Shown here: positions 15,674 through 24,906 of the stretch, piece after piece
Layout of the letters: the number at the start of each line of letters is the position of its first letter
Numbering within the stretch: position 1 is the first letter of the stretch
Source: an uncultured Actinomycetes bacterium
Lineage (GTDB): Bacteria; Actinomycetota; Thermoleophilia; Solirubrobacterales; 70-9
Direction: 5' to 3'
NCBI GenBank assembly: GCA_937908015.1
Contig: CALERC010000361.1
Location: forward strand, 80-64,079
Length of the DNA stretch: 64,000 nt
Translations under genes and position numbers: made by a program
The notes under the pieces: model-generated
Databases searched by the model: none
The model's input: only the letters and a program-made list of their open reading frames with translations
Told to the model about the DNA's origin: nothing

Positions 15674-17258
15674 GGGCGGCGAGGATCCGGTCGGCCGCCC
15701 GCAGGGCCAGCGCCTGGACGGTGTTGGTGGGGTTGACGGCGGCGCCGGTCGGGAAGCTCGACCCGTCGACGACGTAGAGGTTCGGCACGTCGTGGGCGCG
15801 GTTGTCGGCGTTCACCACCGAGGTCTCGGGGTCGTCCCCCATCCGCACCGTGCCGAGCAGGTGCCAGCCGAGCAGGGTGTCGAAGCCGAGGTCCCGCACC
15901 GAGTCGGCGCCCGCCGCCTCGCAGAGCTCGCTCGCCCGCGCCACCATCTGCTTCGACATCGCGCGGCTGTTGTCGGAGAGCGTGTAGTCCGTGACCACCC
16001 CCGGCAGCCCGTAGGCGTCGGTGTTCTCCCAGTCGAGGGTGACCTGGTTCGTCAGCTCCGGCTCGTCGTCGCCGCAGACCCAGATCACGCCCTCGTGGTT
16101 CAGGTGGCGCTCCATCGCCTCGTGGTGGGCGGGCCCCCAGGGGGCGACCTGGAGCGCCGTCGTCAGCGGCGGGTAGCCGCGCATCGCCGCCATCATGAAG
16201 CCGCGCTTGAAATCACCCTTCGGGTCGCCGTCGTAGAACTGGCGCGTCGCGACGGCCCCGCCCCAGGCGCCCTGGTGGGCGTCGATGCGGTCCTCAAAGT
16301 GGCCGATCACCATCGTCTGCACGTGGGTCATCAGGTTCTTGCCGACCATCCCGCTGCTGTTCGCGAGCCCATCGGGGAACCGCGGGCTGGTCGACATCAG
16401 CAGGAGGCGCGGCGAGCCGAGCCCGTTGGCGCAGACGACGACCACCTTGGCGAGGACTTCGTGCAGCTGGCCGTGGCGGTCGTAGTAGACGGCGCCGCGG
16501 GCGTTGCCGTCGGCATCGACGGTGACCTCGCGCACGTGCGCCCCGGTCCGCAGCTCGGCCCCGCGCCGCAGCGCCGGCGCCAGGTAGATCTCCTCCGCAT
16601 AGGCGAGCGCGCTGTGCGGGCAGCCCGCGGTGCAGAAGCCGCGGTTCGTGCAGGCCTTGCGGCCACGGTAGTCCTCGCTGATGATCGCCTGCTCCTGCGG
16701 CCACCAGTACCAGCCGAGCTTCTCGAAGCCGTCGACCCACTTCTCCCCCAGCCGGCCGATCGGGATCGGCCCGGTCGGGGACTCGACGTCGCGGGGCGGG
16801 CCGGTCGGGTCGCCGCGCAGCCCCGCGGTCCCCATCTCGGCCTCGTTCAGGTCGTAGTAGGGAGCCAGGTCCTCGTAGGCGATCGGCCAGTCGACGCCGA
16901 AGCCGTCCAGAGTCTGGGCGCGGAAGTCGCTCGGGGCGAAGCGCCAGAAGTGGCCGCCGTAGCCGACCGCGCTGCCGCCGACCGCGGCGTAGATGAAGGC
17001 GTCGATCGGGTTGCCGCCGCGGGCGGTGACCGGGTAGTCGCCGTCCCAGCCGCGCACCGAGGGGCGCGGGTTGAAGTCGTGGCGCGCCCGCGCCTCCCAG
17101 TCGAGGTGGGTCTTCGGGCGCATCTCCGGGGTGACCCAGTCGCCCGCCTCGAGCACGAGGATGTCGAGGCCCTGGTCGGAGAGGCGCTTGGCGACCGCCG
17201 ACCCGGCACAGCCGGCGCCGACGACGAGGACGTCGAACTCCTCGCGCGCCGCCCTCAC
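15663..17258 (-). CDS. GMC family FAD-dependent oxidoreductase (large subunit)
   Basis: 531 aa from GTG 17258, which overlaps the upstream TGA (GTGA). 'FDVLVVGAGCAGSAVAKRLSDQGLDILVLEAG'; C-terminal 'HLLGTVRMGDDPETSVVN...NLYVVDGSSFPT'. The track ORF (663 aa) runs back through the upstream gene. Confidence 0.9.
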   Translation of the reverse strand: MRAAREEFDVLVVGAGCAGSAVAKRLSDQGLDILVLEAGDWVTPEMRPKTHLDWEARARHDFNPRPSVRGWDGDYPVTARGGNPIDAFIYAAVGGSAVGYGGHFWRFAPSDFRAQTLDGFGVDWPIAYEDLAPYYDLNEAEMGTAGLRGDPTGPPRDVESPTGPIPIGRLGEKWVDGFEKLGWYWWPQEQAIISEDYRGRKACTNRGFCTAGCPHSALAYAEEIYLAPALRRGAELRTGAHVREVTVDADGNARGAVYYDRHGQLHEVLAKVVVVCANGLGSPRLLLMSTSPRFPDGLANSSGMVGKNLMTHVQTMVIGHFEDRIDAHQGAWGGAVATRQFYDGDPKGDFKRGFMMAAMRGYPPLTTALQVAPWGPAHHEAMERHLNHEGVIWVCGDDEPELTNQVTLDWENTDAYGLPGVVTDYTLSDNSRAMSKQMVARASELCEAAGADSVRDLGFDTLLGWHLLGTVRMGDDPETSVVNADNRAHDVPNLYVVDGSSFPTGAAVNPTNTVQALALRAADRILAAHAN

Positions 17259-17797
17259 GCCTCGACCTCGCGGTAGTGCGGCGGCAGCGCCGCGACGCGG
17301 GCGAGCCGGCTCTGGTCGAAGGGCTCCATCGGCGAGCCGAGGTGCGGCAGCCGCGAGTCGAACCCGGTCCGCGCGCGCATCGCGTCGCAGACCCGCTCGT
17401 CGCGGTAGTAGGCCTCGTAGGTCAGCTCCAGGACCTGCTGAAAGGCGGCTTCGAAGCGCGGGTCGATCGAGACGTCGACCAGGATCCGGTCGCGCTCCTC
17501 GGGCGGGGCGGCGGCAAAGTCGGAGGCGCCCGCCTCGGCGGCGAGGCGGTCGAGGCGGTCGATCGCCAGCAGCACGGTCGGGCGCGCCGCCGGCGTGGTG
17601 GCGATCGCCGCGTCGACGTAGGCGGCGGCGCCCACCTCCGCCGCGCCCGGCCACTCGCCCGCGCCGGGGATCAGGCGGGCGACCCAGGCCTCCAGGGTCG
17701 GCCGGCGCGCCGCGTCGACCACCGCGAACTCGTGGACCTCGGCGGCGGCGACGTAGCTGCCCGCGGCGCCGAGGAACGCCGGGTCGGCGGCGATCAT
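17255..17797 (-). CDS. Gluconate 2-dehydrogenase subunit-3-like small subunit (no Tat signal)
   Basis: 180 aa from ATG 17797 (ATGA overlap with the CMD stop). 'LIPGAGEWPGAAEVGAAAYVDAAI...ERDRILVDV...FQQVLELTYEAYY' fits the subunit-3 family. The N-terminus 'MIAADPAFLGAAGS' has no twin-arginine motif. Confidence 0.7.
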   Translation of the reverse strand: MIAADPAFLGAAGSYVAAAEVHEFAVVDAARRPTLEAWVARLIPGAGEWPGAAEVGAAAYVDAAIATTPAARPTVLLAIDRLDRLAAEAGASDFAAAPPEERDRILVDVSIDPRFEAAFQQVLELTYEAYYRDERVCDAMRARTGFDSRLPHLGSPMEPFDQSRLARVAALPPHYREVEA

Positions 17798-18246
17798 TTG
17801 CCCTCGTCGGCGGAAACCTCGGGGTCCCGGGCCGGGGCCGAGCCGTCGGAGCCGTTGGCGGCCTCGCGCTCGCGGTCGACGGCGTCCAGCGTCTGGTCGG
17901 CGACCCGGAATGCCTCCAGCCCGGCCGGCATCCCGCAGTAGACCGAGGCCTGCAGCAGCGCCTCCTGGATCTCCTGCCGGGTGCAGCCGTTGCGGACCGC
18001 GCCGCGGACGTGGACCGCCAGCTCGTGCGAGCGGTTCAGCGCGGTCAGCATGCCGAGGTTGATCAGGCTCCGCTCGCGCAGGCTGAGCCCCTCGCGGGTC
18101 CAGATCTCCCCCCAGCAATAGCCGGTGGCCAGTTCCTGGATCGGCCGGGTGAACTCGCTGGCCCGGTCGAGCGAGCGCTGCACGTGGTCGTCGCCCAGCA
18201 CCTGCTTGCGCATCGCCAGGCCGCTCTCGTATTTGTTGTCGCTCAC
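17794..18246 (-). CDS. Carboxymuconolactone decarboxylase (CMD/PcaC-like) family protein
   Basis: 150 aa from GTG 18246 (GTGA overlap with the permease stop). 'YCWGEIWTREGLSLRERSLINLGMLTALNRSHELAVHVRGAVRNGCTRQEIQEALLQASVYCGMPAGLEAF'. Confidence 0.85.
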   Translation of the reverse strand: MSDNKYESGLAMRKQVLGDDHVQRSLDRASEFTRPIQELATGYCWGEIWTREGLSLRERSLINLGMLTALNRSHELAVHVRGAVRNGCTRQEIQEALLQASVYCGMPAGLEAFRVADQTLDAVDREREAANGSDGSAPARDPEVSADEGK

Positions 18247-19271
18247 GAACCCACCCGGACCTTGCGGGTCTCGGCGCGGGCGGCGAGCACGGCGGCCAGC
18301 AGGACGCTGCCGTTGAACACCGGCTGGATCCAGAACGGGACCCCCAACAGGCTGAGCCCGTTGAAGCCGACGGCGAGGACGAGGATGCCGACGATCGACC
18401 CGATCACGTTGTAGTAGCCGCCCTTGTAGGTGGTGACGCCGAGGAAGGCGCCGGCGTAGGCGGGCAGCAGGAGCTCGGGGCCGAACGAGGGGCTGGCGCT
18501 GCCGTTCTGGCCGAGCGCGAAGATCGCCCCGACGCCGACCAGCAGGCCGCCGAGCGCGAACGCCAGGCTCTTCAGTCGCTTCGTCCGCAGCCCGGCCAGG
18601 AATGACACTTTCTCCGAGCCGCCGATCGCGTACCACGACCGCCCTAATGGAGTGTGTTCCAGTACGTAGAAGAGGACGATGATCAGGGCGAGCGTGATCC
18701 ACACCGAGATCGAGACCGGGCCCGCGTACTTACGGCCGATGTCGATGACCACCCGGGGGATGTTCTGGGTGAGCACCGAACCGCCGCTCAACCCTTGGGT
18801 GAATCCCTGGAGGATGATGCCGACGCCGAGCGTGGCGATGAAGGAGCTGATGTGAGTGCGGTCGATCAGCACCGAGTTGATGAAGCCGATCAGCGCCCCG
18901 ACCCCGAGCATCACCAGCAGGATCGGCAGCACCGCCCAGTCGTGCCCGGCCAGGTAGGCGCCGAGCATCGAGATGAAGCCGACCATGTAGCCGACCGAGA
19001 GGTCGAACTCGCCGACGATCAGCGGCAGCATCACCCCGAGGGTCATGCAGGCGATCACCGTCTGCGTGATCAGGATGCTTTTGAAGTTGGTCCAGGTGAA
19101 GAAGGCTTCCGCGGTCAGCGCGAAGACCAGGATCAGGATCGCCAGAAGGAAGACGGTGCCGTACTGCCTGCCACCGCCGAGCACCTTCGCCAGCGCACTG
19201 CCACCGGTCGACCCGGAGGCCGCGCCGACGTTCGGTTGTTTCGTTTGGGGACTAGCTGACTCGACGCTCAT
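18243..19271 (-). CDS. CUT2 ABC transporter permease (RbsC-like)
   Basis: 342 aa from ATG 19271 (ATGA overlap with the ATPase stop). Multi-TM, Gly-rich branched-chain/sugar permease pattern. Confidence 0.88.
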   Translation of the reverse strand: MSVESASPQTKQPNVGAASGSTGGSALAKVLGGGRQYGTVFLLAILILVFALTAEAFFTWTNFKSILITQTVIACMTLGVMLPLIVGEFDLSVGYMVGFISMLGAYLAGHDWAVLPILLVMLGVGALIGFINSVLIDRTHISSFIATLGVGIILQGFTQGLSGGSVLTQNIPRVVIDIGRKYAGPVSISVWITLALIIVLFYVLEHTPLGRSWYAIGGSEKVSFLAGLRTKRLKSLAFALGGLLVGVGAIFALGQNGSASPSFGPELLLPAYAGAFLGVTTYKGGYYNVIGSIVGILVLAVGFNGLSLLGVPFWIQPVFNGSVLLAAVLAARAETRKVRVGS

Positions 19272-20902
19272 TTGGCATGTGACTCCGTGACGGTTTGCAG
19301 ATTCAGGTCGTCGCCGACCAGCTCTTTGGCGACCACCCCCTGTTCGAGGATCAGCACCCGATCGCAGAGGCGAACCAGTTGCTCGGGCTCGGTGGAGAAG
19401 AAGAGGACGCAGACGCCAAGCTGGGCCGCGTCCTTGATCGCGGCGAAGATCAGCTCGCGGGCCGCCGGGTCGACGCCGTAGGTCGGGTCGTCGAGACAGA
19501 GGATCGCCGGACGCAGCGCCAGCCACTTGCCCAGCAGCACCTTCTGCTGGTTGCCGCCGGAGAGCTCGCCCAGCTTCGTCGTCCGCTGCGGCGGCCGCAC
19601 GTCGAGCGCCTTGATCACCCCGTCGACCACCGACCGGTAGGTGGCCCGCTTGTGCCAGTACTTGCGCAGGTCGGGGAGCACCACGTTCTCGGCCACCGAG
19701 ATCGAGGCGACGCCGCCTTCGCGCAGGCGGTCGGAGGGGACGGTGGTGAGGCCGGCGCCGATCAGTTCGGCCGGGGTGACCCGCTTGCCCATCTTCTTGC
19801 CGTGGACGACGATCTCGCCGGCCTGCCGGGGGACGGAGCCGGAGAGGATCAACGGCAGCTCGTTGATGCCCGCATGCTGGACGCCGACGAAGCCGATCAC
19901 TTCTCCCGAGCGCGCGGTCAGGTCGACACCGCGCAGCTCGGAGCCGGCGATGCCCTTCAGCGAGAGCACCTCGACCCCGGCCTCGCGCTCGACCTCGGCC
20001 ACCTCGATCGGGGCGGAGCTTTCCCACAGCGTCAGCACCGGCCGGTGGCCGCTCTCGACGTCGGCCACCTCGGAGACATCTTCCGGCTCGGGGACCATCT
20101 CGGCGATCAGCTCGGGGATCGAGCGGCGCGGCCCGCCCGCCTGGTGGTAGACCAGCCGACCGTTGCGCAGGACGCTGACGTCGTCGGCGAAGTCGAGCTC
20201 CCCCAGCCGGTGGGTGACCATCACCACGGCGACGCCGCCGTCGGCGATCCGCCGCAGGCGCTGGAGGTGCTGCAAGGTTTCGTTGTCGGGGATCGAGGCG
20301 GTGACCTCGTCGACGATCAGCAGGCGGATCGCGTTCGGGTTGCCGCCCGCGATGAACTGGTCCCCCATCGCGATCGCCAGCGCCAGGCCGGCGCGGTCGG
20401 CGGGGCGGACCTGGGCGCAGAGCTCGTCGACGTCGACGTCGACCTCCATCCGCTCGAGCAGCTCGCGCACGTTGCGGCGCAGCTTGCGCCAGGGGATGCG
20501 GCCGAACGCGGTGCGCTCGTAGCCGCGGAAGATCGCCACCGACTCGAGCACGGTGAGCGTGTCGATCACCGGCGCCTCCTGGTGGACGACGCGGACGCCG
20601 AGCGCGTTGGCGCGGGCGGGCGGCGTCAGGTCGGAGTACGTCTCGCCGGCGAAGCGCAGGGTGCCGCTGGTCGGCGCCTGGACGCCGCTCATGATCTTCA
20701 CCAGCGTCGACTTGCCGCTGCCGTTGGCGCCGATCAGCCCGTGGATCTGCCCGGCCAGGACATCGACCCAGACGTCGCGTAGGGCCTGGACCGTGCCGAA
20801 GTCCATGCTCACGTCCTCGATCGCGAGGACCGGGGCCTCCGGGGCCACTACGGCCCCGGAGGCGACGCTCGCGATTCTTTGATCTGGAGCGATGTCGGTC
20901 AC
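19268..20902 (-). CDS. CUT2 ABC transporter ATP-binding protein (two fused ABC domains, RbsA-like)
   Basis: 544 aa. Walker A 'GANGSGKST', signature 'LSGGNQQK', Walker B 'LCLDDPT'. The first-domain Walker B is 'LLIVDEVT'. Confidence 0.93.
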   Translation of the reverse strand: MTDIAPDQRIASVASGAVVAPEAPVLAIEDVSMDFGTVQALRDVWVDVLAGQIHGLIGANGSGKSTLVKIMSGVQAPTSGTLRFAGETYSDLTPPARANALGVRVVHQEAPVIDTLTVLESVAIFRGYERTAFGRIPWRKLRRNVRELLERMEVDVDVDELCAQVRPADRAGLALAIAMGDQFIAGGNPNAIRLLIVDEVTASIPDNETLQHLQRLRRIADGGVAVVMVTHRLGELDFADDVSVLRNGRLVYHQAGGPRRSIPELIAEMVPEPEDVSEVADVESGHRPVLTLWESSAPIEVAEVEREAGVEVLSLKGIAGSELRGVDLTARSGEVIGFVGVQHAGINELPLILSGSVPRQAGEIVVHGKKMGKRVTPAELIGAGLTTVPSDRLREGGVASISVAENVVLPDLRKYWHKRATYRSVVDGVIKALDVRPPQRTTKLGELSGGNQQKVLLGKWLALRPAILCLDDPTYGVDPAARELIFAAIKDAAQLGVCVLFFSTEPEQLVRLCDRVLILEQGVVAKELVGDDLNLQTVTESHAK

Positions 20903-20909
20903 CGCTTCG

Positions 20910-22151
20910 TTATTTCCAGAGCTTTTCGAATTCAGGACGGAATTCGAAAGGCGCCTTGTACGCCTGCCCTTCGGGCGGCAGGTTGTTCTTGTCGACCAGC
21001 TGGAACGGGATGTTCTCGCCCTGCGGCTCGAACGGCTTCTGCCCGTCCAGCACCCGCAGCGCCTGGTCGACCACGGCCCAACCGACGTAGAGCTCGTCGT
21101 AGGAACCGTCGGCCGCCTGGACTTCTTCGTTGCGGATGAATTCCAGGTTCTGTTCGTTGCCGAGCAGCGAGACCAGCTTCACCTTTTCGCCGAGACCGGC
21201 GGTCTCGATCGCGGTGACCATCGCCGGCGCGGCGGGGTCATACGGACAGAAGATGTATTCGACTTCCGGATGGGTCCGGAGGTAGCCGACGACTTCTTCG
21301 CCGAAGTTGGTCGCGAGCGAGCTCGAGAGGAAGTAGATCGGGCCGTCCGTGGTGCAGCCTTCGCACGCTTCCAGGGTTTCCATCACCCCTTCGGTCTGCG
21401 GCGGCAGCGCCGGGAACTCTTTGGTCCCGTAGACGACCGTGTTCGCCTTGCCTTCCGAGTCGGCGATGATCCAGCTCGCCTCGTATTCGCCGGCGAGCTT
21501 GTAGTCGACACCGACGTCGAACGAGGTCCACACGTCCCCGGCCGGGGGCTTGCGCGTCTTGTTCGGGCTGTTGGTGCCGTTGACCGCGCCGCCGACGACG
21601 ATGCCAGCCTTCTGCGCTGCCGCCAGGCCCGTCTGGACCGTGGTCGGGTCGATCGCCTCGAGGATGATCGCTTCGGCGCCCCAGCTGATCGCGTTCAGGA
21701 TCTGCTTGTTCTGGGTGGTGGTTTCGCCCTGGCCGTCGAAGACCTTCACCGTCACGCCCGCCGCTTCGCCGGCTTCTTCGATCCCTTCCGCGATTTCCTT
21801 GCACCCCTGCAACGTCTGGGCGCAGCTGATCGCGGCGATTTTCGTGCCGGGTTTGGCCGGAGCCGGTTCGGTCGGGCCTTCGTATTTGCTCGGCGTGACT
21901 TCGGTGGCTTCTTTCAGCAGCGCCGAATAGTCTTCGCCGCCGCCGGCTTCTTCACCGCCGGCTTCTTCACCTTCGGCTTCGGTTTCGGTTTCCGCGGCGG
22001 GCGTGCTTTCGCCGCCGGCTTCGGATTCTTCCGCCGTGGTCGAACTACTGGAACTGCTGCTGCCCGAACTCGAACCACAGGCGGACAGCACCATTGCCGC
22101 GGCGAAGACAAGCAGCGCCAAGCACAGCAACTTCCGACTAGATGACGACAT
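20910..22151 (-). CDS. CUT2-type solute-binding lipoprotein, paralog 2 (with cognate transporter)
   Basis: 413 aa from ATG 22151, with RBS GAGGAGAG. Lipobox 'LSAC', Ser/Glu-rich linker, C-terminus 'FEKLWK'. Confidence 0.9.
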   Translation of the reverse strand: MSSSSRKLLCLALLVFAAAMVLSACGSSSGSSSSSSSTTAEESEAGGESTPAAETETEAEGEEAGGEEAGGGEDYSALLKEATEVTPSKYEGPTEPAPAKPGTKIAAISCAQTLQGCKEIAEGIEEAGEAAGVTVKVFDGQGETTTQNKQILNAISWGAEAIILEAIDPTTVQTGLAAAQKAGIVVGGAVNGTNSPNKTRKPPAGDVWTSFDVGVDYKLAGEYEASWIIADSEGKANTVVYGTKEFPALPPQTEGVMETLEACEGCTTDGPIYFLSSSLATNFGEEVVGYLRTHPEVEYIFCPYDPAAPAMVTAIETAGLGEKVKLVSLLGNEQNLEFIRNEEVQAADGSYDELYVGWAVVDQALRVLDGQKPFEPQGENIPFQLVDKNNLPPEGQAYKAPFEFRPEFEKLWK

Positions 22152-22178
22152 ATCTCTCCTCATTTGTTTCTCTCCTCC

Positions 22179-23840
22179 TCAGACCGCGGCGGTGCCGGCA
22201 CCGGCCTCGGCGCCCGACCGCATCTCAAATCCCTCGTAGCCCTGCGCGGCGACCTCGGCGCAGCGCTTGCGGTATTCCCCCACCCCGCCGATGTACGGCA
22301 CGAACCGGAACGGCTTCCCCGGGGTGTTGGCGCCCATGTACCAAGATTTCGTCCGCGTCAGCAGGGTGGTGTTGGCGACGTCGTCGACGTGCTGGGTCCA
22401 CTCCTCCTCGGCGGCCAGGTTGGCCTCGATGCGATCAACGCCGTTCTCCTTCGCGTACTGGAGGCAGTCGAGGACCCACTCGATGTGCTGTTCGATCGAG
22501 GTCGGCATGTTCGACAGCACCGAAGGGCTGCCGGGGCCGGTGATCATGAACAGGTTCGGGAACCCGTGGGTCGAGAGGCCGAGGTAGGTCGACGGCGCGC
22601 CCGCCCACTTATCGGCCAGTCGGGCGCCCGCGGAGGTGTGGATGTCGATCTTGTCCAGCGACCCGGTCATCGTGTCGAAGCCGGTCGCGTAGATGATCAC
22701 GTCGAGGTCGATCTCCTCGGCGGCGGTGCGGATGCCCGCCTCGGTGACCTCCTCGATCGGCGCCGAGCGGATGTCGACCAGGTGCACGTTGTCCTGGTTG
22801 AACGTCTCGAAGTACTCGGCGTCGAGCGGCGGGCGCTTCGTCCCGATCGCGTGGTCGCGCGGCGTCAGCAGCTCGGCCGTGTCCGGGTCCTCGACGACGG
22901 CGCGGATCTTCTCGCGCACGAACTCGGCCACAGTCTCGTTCGCGGCCTCGTCGACGACCAGGTCTTCGTAGCCGCCGAAGAGCAGTTTGAAGCCGCCGTA
23001 GTCCCAGTCTTCTTCGTAGGTGGCGAGGCGCTCCTCGTCGGAGACGCTGAGGGCGGACATCGGGCGCGGTTCGACCAGGTTGCCGGTCGGGGTGTAACGC
23101 GCCTCCTCGCGCAGCTCCATGCAGTTGGCCTTGATCCGCGCCTTCTCCTCCGCGGTCAGCGGCCGGTTGCGGTTCGGGATGCTGTAGTTGGCGGTGCGCT
23201 GGAAGACGTAGAGCTCGCCGACTTCTTTCGCGATCGGCGGGATGATCTGGATGCCGGTCGAGCCGGTCCCGATCACGCCCACCCGCAGGCCGGTGAGGTC
23301 GACGCCCTCGTGCGGCCACTGCGCCGTGTGGTACTGCTTGCCAGCAAAGCTGTGGATACCGGGGATGTCGGGCATCTGCGCCGCCGAGAGGCAGCCGACG
23401 CCGGTGATCAGGTACCGGCAGCTGACCTCCTCGCCGCCCGCGGTCTTCACCGTCCAGATGCCGGAGTCCGCGTCCACGGTGGCCGCCGCGATCCGGGTGT
23501 TGAAGCTGATGTCCTTGCGCAGGTCGTAGCGGTCGGCGAAGTGGTTCAGGTAAGAGAGCACTTCGGGGCCGTTGGGGTAGCGGGACTTGTACTCCCACTC
23601 TTCCATCAGGTCCTGGTCGAAGCCGAACTGGTACACCGTCGCTTCGGAGTCGCAGCAGATCCCCGGGTAACGGTTCCAGTACCACGTCCCGCCGACGTTG
23701 TCGCCGGTCTCGTAGACGTGGGCGGTGAAGCCGGCGCGGCCGAGCTGCTGCAGCATCCCGAGCCCGGAGAACCCGGCGCCGATGATGACGGCGTCGTAGT
23801 CCACCCCGCCCGCCTGGTCGTTGTTGGTCGTCTCAGCCAT
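22179..23840 (-). CDS. Type I Baeyer-Villiger monooxygenase (cyclohexanone/phenylacetone monooxygenase-like)
   Basis: 553 aa. 'DAVIIGAGFSGLG', 'GGTWYWNRYPGICCD', BVMO fingerprint 'FAGKQYHTAQWP' (FxGxxxHxxxWP), second Rossmann 'VIGTGSTG'. Confidence 0.93.
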   Translation of the reverse strand: MAETTNNDQAGGVDYDAVIIGAGFSGLGMLQQLGRAGFTAHVYETGDNVGGTWYWNRYPGICCDSEATVYQFGFDQDLMEEWEYKSRYPNGPEVLSYLNHFADRYDLRKDISFNTRIAAATVDADSGIWTVKTAGGEEVSCRYLITGVGCLSAAQMPDIPGIHSFAGKQYHTAQWPHEGVDLTGLRVGVIGTGSTGIQIIPPIAKEVGELYVFQRTANYSIPNRNRPLTAEEKARIKANCMELREEARYTPTGNLVEPRPMSALSVSDEERLATYEEDWDYGGFKLLFGGYEDLVVDEAANETVAEFVREKIRAVVEDPDTAELLTPRDHAIGTKRPPLDAEYFETFNQDNVHLVDIRSAPIEEVTEAGIRTAAEEIDLDVIIYATGFDTMTGSLDKIDIHTSAGARLADKWAGAPSTYLGLSTHGFPNLFMITGPGSPSVLSNMPTSIEQHIEWVLDCLQYAKENGVDRIEANLAAEEEWTQHVDDVANTTLLTRTKSWYMGANTPGKPFRFVPYIGGVGEYRKRCAEVAAQGYEGFEMRSGAEAGAGTAAV

Positions 23841-24816
23841 CGGTCTCTCCTTGGGCTCCGGTTGCGGTTGCGGCTTTGGCGCTCCAGCCTTTGATGAAGC
23901 TCGCGAGGTCCCCGAGCAGCTCGTGGCCGAAATCCATGACCCCGTTCATCCAGAAGAAGCCGTGGATGGCGCCGGGGAAGACCTTCAGCTCGATGTCGAC
24001 GCCGGCGTTCTGGAGGCGCTCGGCGTAGGCGATGCCCTCGTCGCGGAGCGGGTCGAACTCGGCGGTGATCACCATCCCGGGCGGCAGGCCGGTGAGGTCG
24101 TCGGCGAGCAGCGGCGAGGCGTAGGGGTCGCGGGCCTGCTCGATCGAGGTGACGTAGTGCTCCCAGAACCAGCGCATGTCGCCGCGGGTGACCATGTAGC
24201 CCTCGCCGTTGTCGACGTAGGACTGGTGCGGGCTCTCGTGCTCGGGCGCGGTGACCGGGTAGAGCAGCAGCTGGTAGGAGATGTGCGGGCCGCCGCGGTC
24301 GCGGGCCATCAGCGTCACCGCCGCGGCGAGGTTGCCGCCGGCGCTGTCGCCGCTGATCCCGACCTGGCCGCGGTCGAAGCCGACCTCGTCGGCGTGCTCG
24401 ACCAGCCAGCGGGTCGCCGCATAGCAGTCCTCCACCGGGCCGGGGAATTTCGTCTCCGGGCTGAGCCGGTAGCCGACCGCGGCGACCATGCATTCGGCCG
24501 CGTTGGCGAGCTCGCGGCAGGGACGGTCGACGACGGCGATGCTGCCCATCACCCAGCCGCCGCCGTGCAGGTAGATGACCAACGGCAGGGTCTTGCCGGG
24601 GGCCGGGTTGTAGATGCGGACCGGGATCTCCCCCGCGTCGCCCTCGCCGGGGACGAGGATGTCGCGGACCTCGGCCACCTCCTGGACGTCGCCCTGGATT
24701 TCTTCCAGCCCCGCCTCGAAGGCGCGGGCTTCGAGCACGGACATCTCGTAGAAGGCGGGCGTACCTTCGTCCTGCAGCTGTTTCAAGAAGGCCTCGGCCT
24801 GGGGGTGTAGTGGCAT
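23833..24816 (-). CDS. Alpha/beta hydrolase, HSL-family (family IV) esterase
   Basis: 327 aa from ATG 24816, with RBS AAGGGAACGGAGAG. 'YLHGGGWVMGS' oxyanion motif and 'GDSAGGNLA' nucleophile elbow. It overlaps the BVMO start by 8 nt. The track ORF (455 aa) is over-extended. Confidence 0.9.
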   Translation of the reverse strand: MPLHPQAEAFLKQLQDEGTPAFYEMSVLEARAFEAGLEEIQGDVQEVAEVRDILVPGEGDAGEIPVRIYNPAPGKTLPLVIYLHGGGWVMGSIAVVDRPCRELANAAECMVAAVGYRLSPETKFPGPVEDCYAATRWLVEHADEVGFDRGQVGISGDSAGGNLAAAVTLMARDRGGPHISYQLLLYPVTAPEHESPHQSYVDNGEGYMVTRGDMRWFWEHYVTSIEQARDPYASPLLADDLTGLPPGMVITAEFDPLRDEGIAYAERLQNAGVDIELKVFPGAIHGFFWMNGVMDFGHELLGDLASFIKGWSAKAATATGAQGETDG

Positions 24817-24906
24817 CTCTCCGTTCCCTTTGTTCTCGATCCCTTTGGGCACCCGTCCTGCCGTCGGGCCCTTCCCGAGGCCGCGAACGACGGGTGAACT
24901 GCCTGG

